In this document: one piece after another, positions 47,512 to 56,299 of the stretch
How the letters are laid out: the number at the start of each line of letters is the position of its first letter
How positions within the stretch are numbered: position 1 is the first letter of the stretch
NCBI GenBank assembly: GCA_964384035.1
Contig: CAYLIB010000001.1
Coordinates: 135,636-199,635 of the forward strand
DNA length: 64,000 bases
Reading direction: 5' to 3'
Origin: an uncultured Candidatus Saccharibacteria bacterium
GTDB lineage: Bacteria; Patescibacteriota; Doudnabacteria; UBA920
The notes under the pieces: generated by a model
What the model was told of the DNA's origin: nothing
The model's database searches: none
What the model saw: only the letters and a program-made list of their open reading frames with translations
Position numbers and translations under genes: made by a program

Positions 47512-48274
47512 AGTTTGTGCTTTTCCATACTAGTTCGAACACCGAAAGTAATGTTTGGTAAATTTCTTTGTTCTCTATAATAACCGCCACATGGTTATTT
47601 TCTTTAAACGTAACAAACGAAACCTTTCCAGAATAAATGTTTACCTCGCTCGCAAAAGGGAATAGACCATACTCCACCCATTTATTCTCTGTAAACTTAT
47701 TAGCCACATAGTTTTTTGTATACGCAACGGCATCCGGATGGTTAAGTACCAATGCCCGCTCGTGAATTCCTAGTTTCAGTCGCTTTGGACCATAATATTT
47801 TTCATTCCATTCGCGCAAGTATTTTAAATAGGTGCTCAAATCGGAAAACGTTGCCAACTTTCCATCTGGGTTGTGTGTTAGCGTATCTTCCAAAACCAAT
47901 TTAACTCCAGCAAGTCCTTCATAAAATCTAACTCCTGGTTTGGCTGCTAAAGTTTGGTACTGGTTACGTAAAGCGGGGAGGTGGGCAAGCAGTTTACTTT
48001 CAGCTTCCGCAAGAGAGTTTTTTTGTTTTGCCACAAATACTTCCAAGCTCTGTGGATCCTTAGCCGCAAACACCGCCCGGTTGTTCGTACCCGCGTACTC
48101 TTCTATAAGCCCCTTACTCTTAAGCGAGTCCAAAGCATAATAGCAACTACCCCGAACAATACTCGTAGCCGAAACAATAGTTTTCATCTGCGAAGGACCA
48201 ATAGAAAGTAGGGTAGTAAGAATCTTACTCTCCCGTTCATTCAGCCCCACAGATTGTAATAACTGCTCGTTCAT
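47510..48274 (-). CDS. TrmB-family transcriptional regulator (TrmB5)
   Basis: VGLNERESKI...LL.IG HTH; KPGVRFYEGLAG linker; EVNIYSGKVSF; FELVWK end. Confidence 0.9.
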   Translation of the reverse strand: MNEQLLQSVGLNERESKILTTLLSIGPSQMKTIVSATSIVRGSCYYALDSLKSKGLIEEYAGTNNRAVFAAKDPQSLEVFVAKQKNSLAEAESKLLAHLPALRNQYQTLAAKPGVRFYEGLAGVKLVLEDTLTHNPDGKLATFSDLSTYLKYLREWNEKYYGPKRLKLGIHERALVLNHPDAVAYTKNYVANKFTENKWVEYGLFPFASEVNIYSGKVSFVTFKENNHVAVIIENKEIYQTLLSVFELVWKSTN

Positions 48275-48374
48275 AAGCTTATATTAACAAATTTTATCAA
48301 TATTGTCAAAACAATTTTTACACTAAATAACATAAATAAGCAAAAAAACCTCACAAATTCAATAACTTAAATAA

Positions 48375-48419
48375 TTTCGTCAAACTACAATTGACGAAAC
48401 TTCATTTTTCTGGCATAAT
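48375..48419 (+). promoter_or_regulatory. Promoter of cargo E with an operator palindrome overlapping the -35
   Basis: TTTCGTCAA-actacaa-TTGACGAAA; TTGACG-17-CATAAT. Confidence 0.7.
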
Positions 48420-48444
48420 ACTCTTTAAAATCCAAACAAATAAA

Positions 48445-48502
48445 GACACCAAAGCAATCGCATAGGTGTCTAAGTTCAAAACCCGCGGACTCAGCCGCAA
48501 AA
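48445..48502 (+). ncRNA. Structured leader RNA type 2 (copy E)
   Basis: gacacc-aaagcaatcgcata-ggtgtc plus gcgg-actcag-ccgc; matches 61824-61887. Confidence 0.55.
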
Positions 48503-48519
48503 ACCACAAGGAGTTCCCA

Positions 48520-49095
48520 ATGAAAGAGAATTTTAATCCAAGTACGCTATTTGTAGAATTGAGAGCGATCGAGCTGATGCTTCAAGGTATGTGTTACGCA
48601 TACACTGAGCCTATATACAAGGCAAGAAAAGAAATAATCGCCCGGTCTGGTCTGGCCGATGGAATTTACGTATTAGCAGGTAGTTCACTCTATAAAAAGG
48701 GAGATGGACGCAAACTCGGGTGGGGGGGCTGGAGTATCTCATCTTTTTTTGCTCCCTTCGGAAACGATAACCTAAGGAGTCATCGTATCGCCAGCAAACA
48801 AATGATGTTCAAAGTCCAAGATGGCGACTGGGACAGCCTGGGACCCCAGACCATGCTGCTCTGTATAGCCACATGGGACAAGGCGGGCGACGAATTCTGG
48901 GAAGGTCGCAACTTCCCAAACGGCTCAAACTACCAAATTTGCAAACTCGAAGGGATTCTGCCCGCTTTAGGCGGCGAAGTGCGAGTGGTTAAGGCCAAAG
49001 GCTCAATCCACTTCAGCACAGAAAGCGATACAGTGGTATACCGGGATTACAATTTCGGTACCCCAAAAGAGGAGGACTGGATTAAGGTCAGTTAG
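48520..49095 (+). CDS. Hypothetical protein (cargo)
   Basis: SD AAGGAG before ATG 48520. Confidence 0.7.
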   Translation: MKENFNPSTLFVELRAIELMLQGMCYAYTEPIYKARKEIIARSGLADGIYVLAGSSLYKKGDGRKLGWGGWSISSFFAPFGNDNLRSHRIASKQMMFKVQDGDWDSLGPQTMLLCIATWDKAGDEFWEGRNFPNGSNYQICKLEGILPALGGEVRVVKAKGSIHFSTESDTVVYRDYNFGTPKEEDWIKVS

Positions 49096-49448
49096 AGTTT
49101 ATTTTCTGGAGAGAAAGCCCCGTCTTTCTCTCCACCTTTTTCCAAACCCATAATTCACTTGTGGGTTTAGAAGAAGAAAAAACAAAAACCGCCTTACAGC
49201 GGTTTCTAAAATGGTACTGGAATCCCTAATTTTTCACTCACTTCCCGCATCCACCGAAGCTGAGGTGGGGTCGGTAACAAGCGAGGACATTCGCATGCTG
49301 GGGATGTGCGAGCAGGGGACTTATCGTAAAATTCCTATGGGGTAATGAAAAAGACCCCAACCGGCTGCAAGCAAAAACTTGCAGCCTCTTTTTATTTAAC
49401 TATTTAGTTAAGCTAAAAAGAACAACCTAATACCGTATACTTATATAT

Positions 49449-52400
49449 ATGAGCAGGCGTCCAGAAGAAGTACTTATGTTTGGGGAACAAGAACCTCAAG
49501 TACGAGAATTCAAAGAACCAAAAACACTCGAACAGCAAAAACACGAAGAGCAAATTGCGCTCAATTCTTTTTTGTATGCCGAACCCGCCGAACAGCTAGA
49601 GGTAGACGAAAGCAATCTAGGCTCTTTAATCTCCGAACTCTTAAATTCTCCCTCCGGACAAAGAGCAAAAACAATAATTAACTCTATTGTAGAGTACATA
49701 CAAAGCAGTAAAGAACCGCGCCTGAGAGTTAAACAAGCAGAAAAAGAACTAACGTCGAGTCATATTCACCTAAACATCGAAACACTAACCCTGTTAGGGG
49801 AATTAGATCGGTTTCGGGAAGAGTTCGAAATGGATCCAGAACTCGCCGAAGAGTTAGATTTACAAGATGTACTAGATAATCCCACTAAAGAAAAACTACT
49901 GTACCTTGCAGGAAAAAATGACCGAAAAGGAAATATAGTACTCCATAAAATTCTCGACGCAGCCAAACGCCAGCTCGTTACCCTTCAAAACCTATACGTA
50001 AACCCAAGCACACACGAACCCGAACCCGCAGTCTTTGCTCTTTCCGAGCAAATGCTTGAGTTTGCCCAGGAAGCCAAAGCTGTATGTAAAAACGATCTTC
50101 TGTATAGGCACATATTAGATTACGAAAACACCCGCAGAACAATAGCAACTGGTCTACCCGGTGGCTCCGAAGCAAGTACAGAATATGCATTTGAAAGACT
50201 TATTGAATCTTCAAGCAATCGGCTTGCGTTAGGTCTGTACTCGGAAGAGGGAAGAGATTCGGCCGATGCATGCATTGCGCTAACAGACTCTCTAGTGGGG
50301 GAATATAAGAATGGTAAACTCTTCCGTGTGTACACAAAACCAAGTTCAAACGAAACAGAAACAATTAAAACTGCATGCATTAAGCAAAATCACACAGACG
50401 ATGAATACATTTATGAAGCCCTCCAAAGAGAAATAGACGAATACACCGAACACACCCCGCTTAACTGGAAACTCGAAACTAAACTTCTAATTCATGAATT
50501 CCATAAACATTTAGAGCAGGAAAAACGGACATTTTTCTTCGACCTAAGCAGAATTAACGGCTGGGAAAAGCTCCACCCTGTAGTATTAGACGAAATATTA
50601 GCAACCAACGAGTATGCCGCATTCGCACAAGGTAAGTTGCAGAAAGCAAAACCCGTAAGCAGTGAGGTCTTACAAAATTTACTCGCACCAGCAGGCGCAG
50701 AAAAAGGTGCTGAATACGAATATCAGTACCTCATGAGTCTTGAATACAGAAGTTTTCTGGAAAACTCGCTTGGTATCCCAGTCGAAACATTACCCCCGCA
50801 CGTGCAAGTAGAGTTGCTTCGGGTCAACAACGCGCTTACGAAAGAGAAATTTCACCAAGTCTTAAAAGCCATTAGAGATTCAAAGTTTCCCACAGAACTT
50901 GCTACTGTGTTCTTCTGCGCCCGAGCAGATGAAAGATATATAGACGTAGTCCTAGATATTTTAGAAAAAACAAAATACAAATCTTCCCTCCAAACCACGC
51001 TTTTCGAAGGCTATGCAAACCATGTGGAAGCAGTGCACGGGAAAACGAATGAAGTTCTGCGAGAGCTAGAGCAAAAAGGATTCACATCTCTCTCTTATAC
51101 CGATGTTGCAAAAGCACTACTAGCAGAAAGCGACTTTGCGCTTAAAGACCTCCAGGCAAAACTCGAAGCGCAACCAGATAATGCTAATCAAATAGCACGA
51201 AACTTCCAAAACCTTTTAGGGCAGACGAGCGCAAGCGAACTCTATAAACGTGGCACCTTCGAACAAATTGCTAGAGCTTTCGAAAGTCCAAAAGCAGATA
51301 TCGATCCAGCAGAATGGGCTGCTTCCCAAAAGGTAATCCAACAAGAAATGCTGGAGGGGATAAATAAAGCTCTGTATTTAAGGATGCTGGCAGAAAAAGG
51401 GTTTCTAGCTCCAAAGCCTGCAATATTTTGGGAAATTTCCAGAGGGCTTAAAGAAAGTAATATTCGTTTTGGTGTAGACACAGAAAAGTTTTTAAACAAA
51501 GTAGCAACACGTACCAATGGTGGTGTGCTACTAGAGCTAGGGCCTGGGAGTGGACGAGGCAAAGAAGATCGAGCACACAGCCGGCTTAGTGAATTTCAAG
51601 ACATCGCCATAGGTAATAAAGTCTTTTTCGATCTCGAGCCCATTATTGGATCCTTTTTAGATATAGAAAAACTTGAAGCAGACCTAAACTCGACATTGAA
51701 TGAGGAAGATAGGGCGCTACTTATCGATACGCTCACAAAAGCACTCATGGTCGAGTCAGGTGGGCTTGCCAAAGACCATATTCAGTACGATTCCGAAACA
51801 CTCGAATATCTTGCAAAAGACATAAACACACTTAAAGTAGAATGGGCTAAACATAAAACCAAACTCAAAGGAGTAACCGCCATTCCTAGTAGCGAGGGGG
51901 CAATTGTAGAAGGGGATACAGTACGCTTCCCAAATAAAATCGACATAACCCATCTTGCTGACGCGCTAAATAAAATTGCACAGTCACCGTATCACTATCT
52001 AAATTCACAAACAAAACACCAAGATCTATACACGCACATAAATGCATTCCCAGAAGGTGTCATAATTGGAGACTTCAGCAACTTGAAGCGTTTAAAGAAA
52101 GAAAGCCTGGCCGGAGTTATGGCTATTCGCTCAGATGTCTACATAGAAGGCGCAAATTACGTGGAGCATCTCGCTACGGTCGCCGAAAAACTGCAAGATG
52201 GTGGTGTCTATGTAAGCGACGCCTTCCGCGAACTCTACGGTAAAGGTTACCGCCAGACAGAAATAGAAGCTGTAAAAAAAGTATTACAAGAAAAATTTCC
52301 AAAGGACACGTTCGAATTTTTAATAGTCACCGGCCCTGGTTTCGAAGGCAAAGAAGTAGAAAAAACAATCCCGCTAGCCGTCTACCTAACCAAAAACGCC

Positions 52401-52463
52401 TCCTCTAAAGAAGAAGCTAGGCAAACTCTAGTTTCAGAACGGTACAGTGTGAATGAAATTTAA
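49449..52463 (+). CDS. 1004-aa modular protein: shared helical domain plus C-terminal SAM-methyltransferase-like domain
   Basis: LLELGPGSG, IIGDF, AIRSDVY, LQDGGVYVSD; C-terminus paralogous to 23670-27263, N-terminus to 40218-42227. Confidence 0.7.
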   Translation: MSRRPEEVLMFGEQEPQVREFKEPKTLEQQKHEEQIALNSFLYAEPAEQLEVDESNLGSLISELLNSPSGQRAKTIINSIVEYIQSSKEPRLRVKQAEKELTSSHIHLNIETLTLLGELDRFREEFEMDPELAEELDLQDVLDNPTKEKLLYLAGKNDRKGNIVLHKILDAAKRQLVTLQNLYVNPSTHEPEPAVFALSEQMLEFAQEAKAVCKNDLLYRHILDYENTRRTIATGLPGGSEASTEYAFERLIESSSNRLALGLYSEEGRDSADACIALTDSLVGEYKNGKLFRVYTKPSSNETETIKTACIKQNHTDDEYIYEALQREIDEYTEHTPLNWKLETKLLIHEFHKHLEQEKRTFFFDLSRINGWEKLHPVVLDEILATNEYAAFAQGKLQKAKPVSSEVLQNLLAPAGAEKGAEYEYQYLMSLEYRSFLENSLGIPVETLPPHVQVELLRVNNALTKEKFHQVLKAIRDSKFPTELATVFFCARADERYIDVVLDILEKTKYKSSLQTTLFEGYANHVEAVHGKTNEVLRELEQKGFTSLSYTDVAKALLAESDFALKDLQAKLEAQPDNANQIARNFQNLLGQTSASELYKRGTFEQIARAFESPKADIDPAEWAASQKVIQQEMLEGINKALYLRMLAEKGFLAPKPAIFWEISRGLKESNIRFGVDTEKFLNKVATRTNGGVLLELGPGSGRGKEDRAHSRLSEFQDIAIGNKVFFDLEPIIGSFLDIEKLEADLNSTLNEEDRALLIDTLTKALMVESGGLAKDHIQYDSETLEYLAKDINTLKVEWAKHKTKLKGVTAIPSSEGAIVEGDTVRFPNKIDITHLADALNKIAQSPYHYLNSQTKHQDLYTHINAFPEGVIIGDFSNLKRLKKESLAGVMAIRSDVYIEGANYVEHLATVAEKLQDGGVYVSDAFRELYGKGYRQTEIEAVKKVLQEKFPKDTFEFLIVTGPGFEGKEVEKTIPLAVYLTKNASSKEEARQTLVSERYSVNEI

Positions 52464-52487
52464 AACTCCCCTTAGGGGAGTTTTTTT
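52462..52487. terminator. Bidirectional terminator
   Basis: aaaactcccc-tta-ggggagtttt. Confidence 0.8.
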
Positions 52488-53250
52488 AAACAATCATTTT
52501 CCAAAACGTTTCAAATAGTATCCGGTAGTTGTCTGCAATTTCTTGGTTATCTATTAGAATTGCTACCGGATGTTCTTTCTGAAAACTAGTTTGTAGTACG
52601 TACCGGTCAAAAATTTTAATATCCATCCGAAACGGAAATTTCTCTAGTGGTAGTGTCTTAACTTCAAGCAGTAGCTTGGGGTCTGTTTTGTTTACCCTGT
52701 TTACAGCAGGGGAGATAGTGCGCGATTTAATTCCGCGTTTCACCCGCTTTTTTATATAGATATCAACATAGTCTCTAAAGTAAGCATCCATATCGCCTTT
52801 TTCTTCAAAACTCACAACCGTCTTAGCGTTTTCGAGTAAGAACTCATACGCCTGAATTATTCCTTCCTTCCCTTCAAAAAACCTAACCCCTGGACGCCCC
52901 GTGGCTAAATTAAAGTCGATAGTCATTTTCTCAAGAGAGCCAGAAACCGCTTGCTCTGCTACCTTTGCAAGTTCTGCTTTTTTCTCCGCCCATTCCTTCA
53001 GTTTAATTGGATGCGAAGCTTCAAACACCGCCACTTTACCAGGTTCATCTTTTTTAATAACCAGGCCTATCTCTAGTAATCGCTCCAGAATTTTATACAC
53101 CAGTGTTCTTTCTACTGGAATTTTTACACTAATTTTAGAAGCCGGCATCTGTCCATGTATAAGCAGGGCTTCATACACCAAAGCCTGTTCAACGCTAAGT
53201 CCAGAAAGGAGGAGGGTATTATGATGTGAAAAATTTTGAGGAATGTTCAT
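52486..53250 (-). CDS. TrmB-family transcriptional regulator (TrmB6)
   Basis: HTH; GRPGVRFFEGKEGII; FPFRMDIKI shared with TrmB1. Confidence 0.9.
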   Translation of the reverse strand: MNIPQNFSHHNTLLLSGLSVEQALVYEALLIHGQMPASKISVKIPVERTLVYKILERLLEIGLVIKKDEPGKVAVFEASHPIKLKEWAEKKAELAKVAEQAVSGSLEKMTIDFNLATGRPGVRFFEGKEGIIQAYEFLLENAKTVVSFEEKGDMDAYFRDYVDIYIKKRVKRGIKSRTISPAVNRVNKTDPKLLLEVKTLPLEKFPFRMDIKIFDRYVLQTSFQKEHPVAILIDNQEIADNYRILFETFWKMIV

Positions 53251-53336
53251 GGCTAATATTATTTGTAATTCCCAACTTCATTAGGAATCTTAAGAATTTT
53301 GACCTTTACTACACTAATTATAGCACAATAAAATAA

Positions 53337-53466
53337 TTTTGTGAAGCCATCTTCACAAAATAAGTAAATAAAAATAGGTAGAAAGTACCTATTTTTATTA
53401 TACATACACAAATAAGGCTTAATTATGTGAAATACTATTGACATTTTTCATAAAATACTGTATACT
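53337..53466 (+). promoter_or_regulatory. Operator-like palindromes and sigma70 promoter of cargo F
   Basis: ttttgtgaag-ccat-cttcacaaaa; ataaaaataggta-gaaag-tacctatttttat; TTGACA-17-TATACT at 53438-53466. Confidence 0.7.
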
Positions 53467-53489
53467 GAGTTTTAAACAAATTCTAAAAC

Positions 53490-53645
53490 CAAGTGAGTTT
53501 AGAGAGAGCTCAGTAAGTAAATGGTTTGCCCAGGTTTTCTCTATATATAAGAAATACTGGGCAAGCCATTTTGTTTTAACGCATGGAAGCAAGCGCAGGG
53601 ATTCATTCAAACAAAGCCCGCCACCTTCCTTCCAGCCGCTAAACC
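53490..53645 (+). ncRNA. Structured leader RNA type 1 (copy F)
   Basis: TTAGAGAGAG, long hairpin 53519-53571 with TCTCTATATA apex, then TTTTGTTTTA, in the same order as copy A. Confidence 0.5.
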
Positions 53646-53738
53646 AAAACCAATCACTCCCAACGGCACGCGCCCGCGGGAAAAGCCAGAACCTTGGCCA
53701 GCCTGGAAACGGTTCGGCCAAAACCATAAGGAGAAAAA

Positions 53739-54338
53739 ATGAATAAAGACATCGCTTCTATCGAGTTAGATTTTATCGGCACGGTGGAAAAAGTGGCCCT
53801 CAACATTTCGAATACGCTTTCTTTACTTGTGGGGCTGAGTCCCTGGATCAAAAAAGAGAACGTCAATCGCAATGACGGTCCACAGTATTTTTTCCGAAAT
53901 TTACTTCAAGTTGATCTGCATACCATGGTCGTGGTTGCCGACCAGATGCAAGAGTTCCTCGACCCGGAACGCGAGGGAGAAAACAACCTGGAATGGCATA
54001 TCGGCGTAGAGTTCGGTACTGGCAGTGAATTCTACCAGAATCGGAAAATTACGGTCGGTAAGGGGATTAAAATAAAAATTGAAGACCAGACGTTACGTCT
54101 GAGTCTTAAGCCGTCGATAAGCGCCGGAGGCTGCGCAGCCAAGTTGATTCTAGAGTTTCCAGAAGGTCGCGTTACCAGAGAGTTTATCGATGCAATACTC
54201 TGGCAATCTCTTATAGATGTGGGAATTCGAAACGGATTCCAATCATACACTGGGTCTACCTGCGCAACCTGGGGGCCGACGGCCCCTTACTGTGCTGTCG
54301 AGGTACATGAGGTAAAGTGTTACCTCGAACGCGAGTGA
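53739..54338 (+). CDS. Hypothetical protein (cargo)
   Basis: 199 aa; SD AAGGAG. Confidence 0.7.
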   Translation: MNKDIASIELDFIGTVEKVALNISNTLSLLVGLSPWIKKENVNRNDGPQYFFRNLLQVDLHTMVVVADQMQEFLDPEREGENNLEWHIGVEFGTGSEFYQNRKITVGKGIKIKIEDQTLRLSLKPSISAGGCAAKLILEFPEGRVTREFIDAILWQSLIDVGIRNGFQSYTGSTCATWGPTAPYCAVEVHEVKCYLERE

Positions 54339-54715
54339 TATTCCCGACGAAAGAAAGTCCGCCTCAACTTTCTTTCGTCACCTTTTTTAGAACCATCACT
54401 CACAAAGTGGTGTTTCGAAATCAGGTAATTACTAAAGAGGTTTGCATCTTTTCTATTTGCCCTCGTTCTGCGAAGCGAGAGGGGAAACCGGTCTTTCATC
54501 CTTAAGGATGAAGAAAATATTTTCCCTCACCCGCCTCGCAGAACCCTCCACCATGTATTCCTATGTTTTCTAATGTCATTCCGGGCGACTGAAAGGAGAT
54601 CCGGAATCCGTGAGATTAAAAGACTTAGTCGTCCCACCCCACACGAGTGGACACAGGACAAAAGAGCCGCAGAATACCGGCTATGGAGGAATGAAGCGGG
54701 GCAGAAGGAAAAGTA

Positions 54716-55060
54716 ATGAATCAGAGATATTTCAACACTACCCTCGGCCTCTCCATGCTCCCCGACGGCGGAGCAGAGATCAAAACCCTCACCGACGACG
54801 AGGCGAAAGCCTGGTTGGTGGCCGACTTCACCAACGCCGCCAACCCGGCCCATGGCAACACCTTGCAAGCCCTCACCCAAAAACTCGGCGTAGACCTTAC
54901 TCTCGCGGAAGGCACCAAAGCCCCACGTGTGTATCTCGAGCACGGCGACCAGTGCCTCGTCGCTGAAGTCTCGAAAATCCCCCGGGAAACACGAGAGTTC
55001 ACCGATGAGGAGATAGGTGTCGCGACTTTCAGATTTCGATTGGTCACGGTAAGTAGTTAG
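54716..55060 (+). CDS. DUF1874 / STIV B116 / AcrIII-1-like ring nuclease candidate
   Basis: 114 aa; N-terminal Y..N....SML, central H..T...L...LG, V.L..GD..LV and RE.RE.T.EEI pattern, as recalled for the DUF1874 family. Confidence 0.6.
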   Translation: MNQRYFNTTLGLSMLPDGGAEIKTLTDDEAKAWLVADFTNAANPAHGNTLQALTQKLGVDLTLAEGTKAPRVYLEHGDQCLVAEVSKIPRETREFTDEEIGVATFRFRLVTVSS

Positions 55061-55087
55061 TAGTTAGCTGTTTTCCAAAGGAGGCAA

Positions 55088-55411
55088 ATGAAAGTTTCAA
55101 AAGCGGTGGTTTCTTACTTACTCCGGAGGGCGGAGTATGAATTAGGTTCAGAATTCAGGGAACCGGAAGAGTGGCGTGAGGATGAAATCACGTCAGAAGG
55201 ATTAGAACTTCACTTCGGTTTCCATTTTGGTTCTAACTCATCGGACTGGTGCAGCACGCCAGTCCAAGTTCGTCCTTCTCGCGAAGGCGAGAATCTTCTG
55301 GAGTATAAACAGAAGATAGTAGGAAAGATAGCGGAGGCTATCGCCGAGTTAAATCGGCACATAGACACGCATCTGTCTACATACCCGCATGAACAGAAGG
55401 ACAATGAGTAA
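55088..55411 (+). CDS. Hypothetical protein (cargo)
   Basis: 107 aa; SD AAGGAGG. Confidence 0.7.
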   Translation: MKVSKAVVSYLLRRAEYELGSEFREPEEWREDEITSEGLELHFGFHFGSNSSDWCSTPVQVRPSREGENLLEYKQKIVGKIAEAIAELNRHIDTHLSTYPHEQKDNE

Positions 55412-55541
55412 GTTTCGAACGGTGCAGGTTTTTAGATAGGAGAAAAGTTTCCTTTCCTGCACCGAACCTTTTTCGGGGGCGTGATCCAAAGCGGATCGTG
55501 CTTGACCCGAAATTGGCAACTACATTTTAAAGGAGGCAAGA

Positions 55542-56051
55542 ATGAGATTGATAGTAAACTGCGAGATTAGTTTCCGGGGCATTCTATGGAATGCGCCATG
55601 GTACCTAACATTTTTACTCTCAGAAGGGGATAAGAGAAATTATTTGCTATATGACTTGCTTCTCCAAACGGAGAGGGTAGTCATCAGTCAAACAGGGTAT
55701 GACGACGAAATTGGTCGAGGGTATGAACTTGATTTTCTTTCCAAGGAAGGTAATCTTCTGCAAAAAGAATACGGCGCTGCACACAGCGTTAGTCTTGAGG
55801 ATGCGGGGTGCCGAAACCTTTTCTTTTATGAAAACCCAGTGTTTTCTGAAGAGTTCTTGGTAAACCTTGCAAAGCAAGGGAATCAAGTTGCTGAGCATAT
55901 GCTAAGGCGCAGATCGATTCCTCCCGAACTCTGGGAGAAATATCAGTATGTGTTTCCCAGTCCGGAGCTGCTCCCTGCATATACCTGGGAGTATCCAATT
56001 TCAGAGGAGCAAAAGCAAGAAATTAAATTGCTTTTAGAAAACAAGCAATGA
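55542..56051 (+). CDS. Hypothetical protein (cargo)
   Basis: 169 aa; SD AAGGAGG. Confidence 0.7.
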   Translation: MRLIVNCEISFRGILWNAPWYLTFLLSEGDKRNYLLYDLLLQTERVVISQTGYDDEIGRGYELDFLSKEGNLLQKEYGAAHSVSLEDAGCRNLFFYENPVFSEEFLVNLAKQGNQVAEHMLRRRSIPPELWEKYQYVFPSPELLPAYTWEYPISEEQKQEIKLLLENKQ

Positions 56052-56299
56052 ATTGCTTATAGAAGGAAAACTATAAACCCGCCTGTGATTGCTTGGGTGT
56101 TACATAAGCAGTGCGTAAGTGGGGGACGCGTATAACTCCCACAGCGTGCTAGTTGCATGTCTACTTTAAAAACTCGTCATGTGAACACTGTTCACATGCC
56201 TTCCTCCCAGGTAACAAATATGGTTCTCTCTCCACATTTGTTGCCGGAGAGGAGGGTAATAAAACCCAAACACCAAAGCTTTCTTTCAAAGGAGATCAT

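Noticed and set aside
49212-49346. 44-codon ORF MVLESLIFHS...IPMG between two hairpins
   Set aside because: It has no SD or recognisable motif. It may be another gene remnant, but that is unsupported.
53419-53746. 102-aa ORFs on both strands over the cargo F promoter/leader
   Set aside because: They overlap the promoter and structured leader, and the plus-strand start codon is the TTG of the -35 box.
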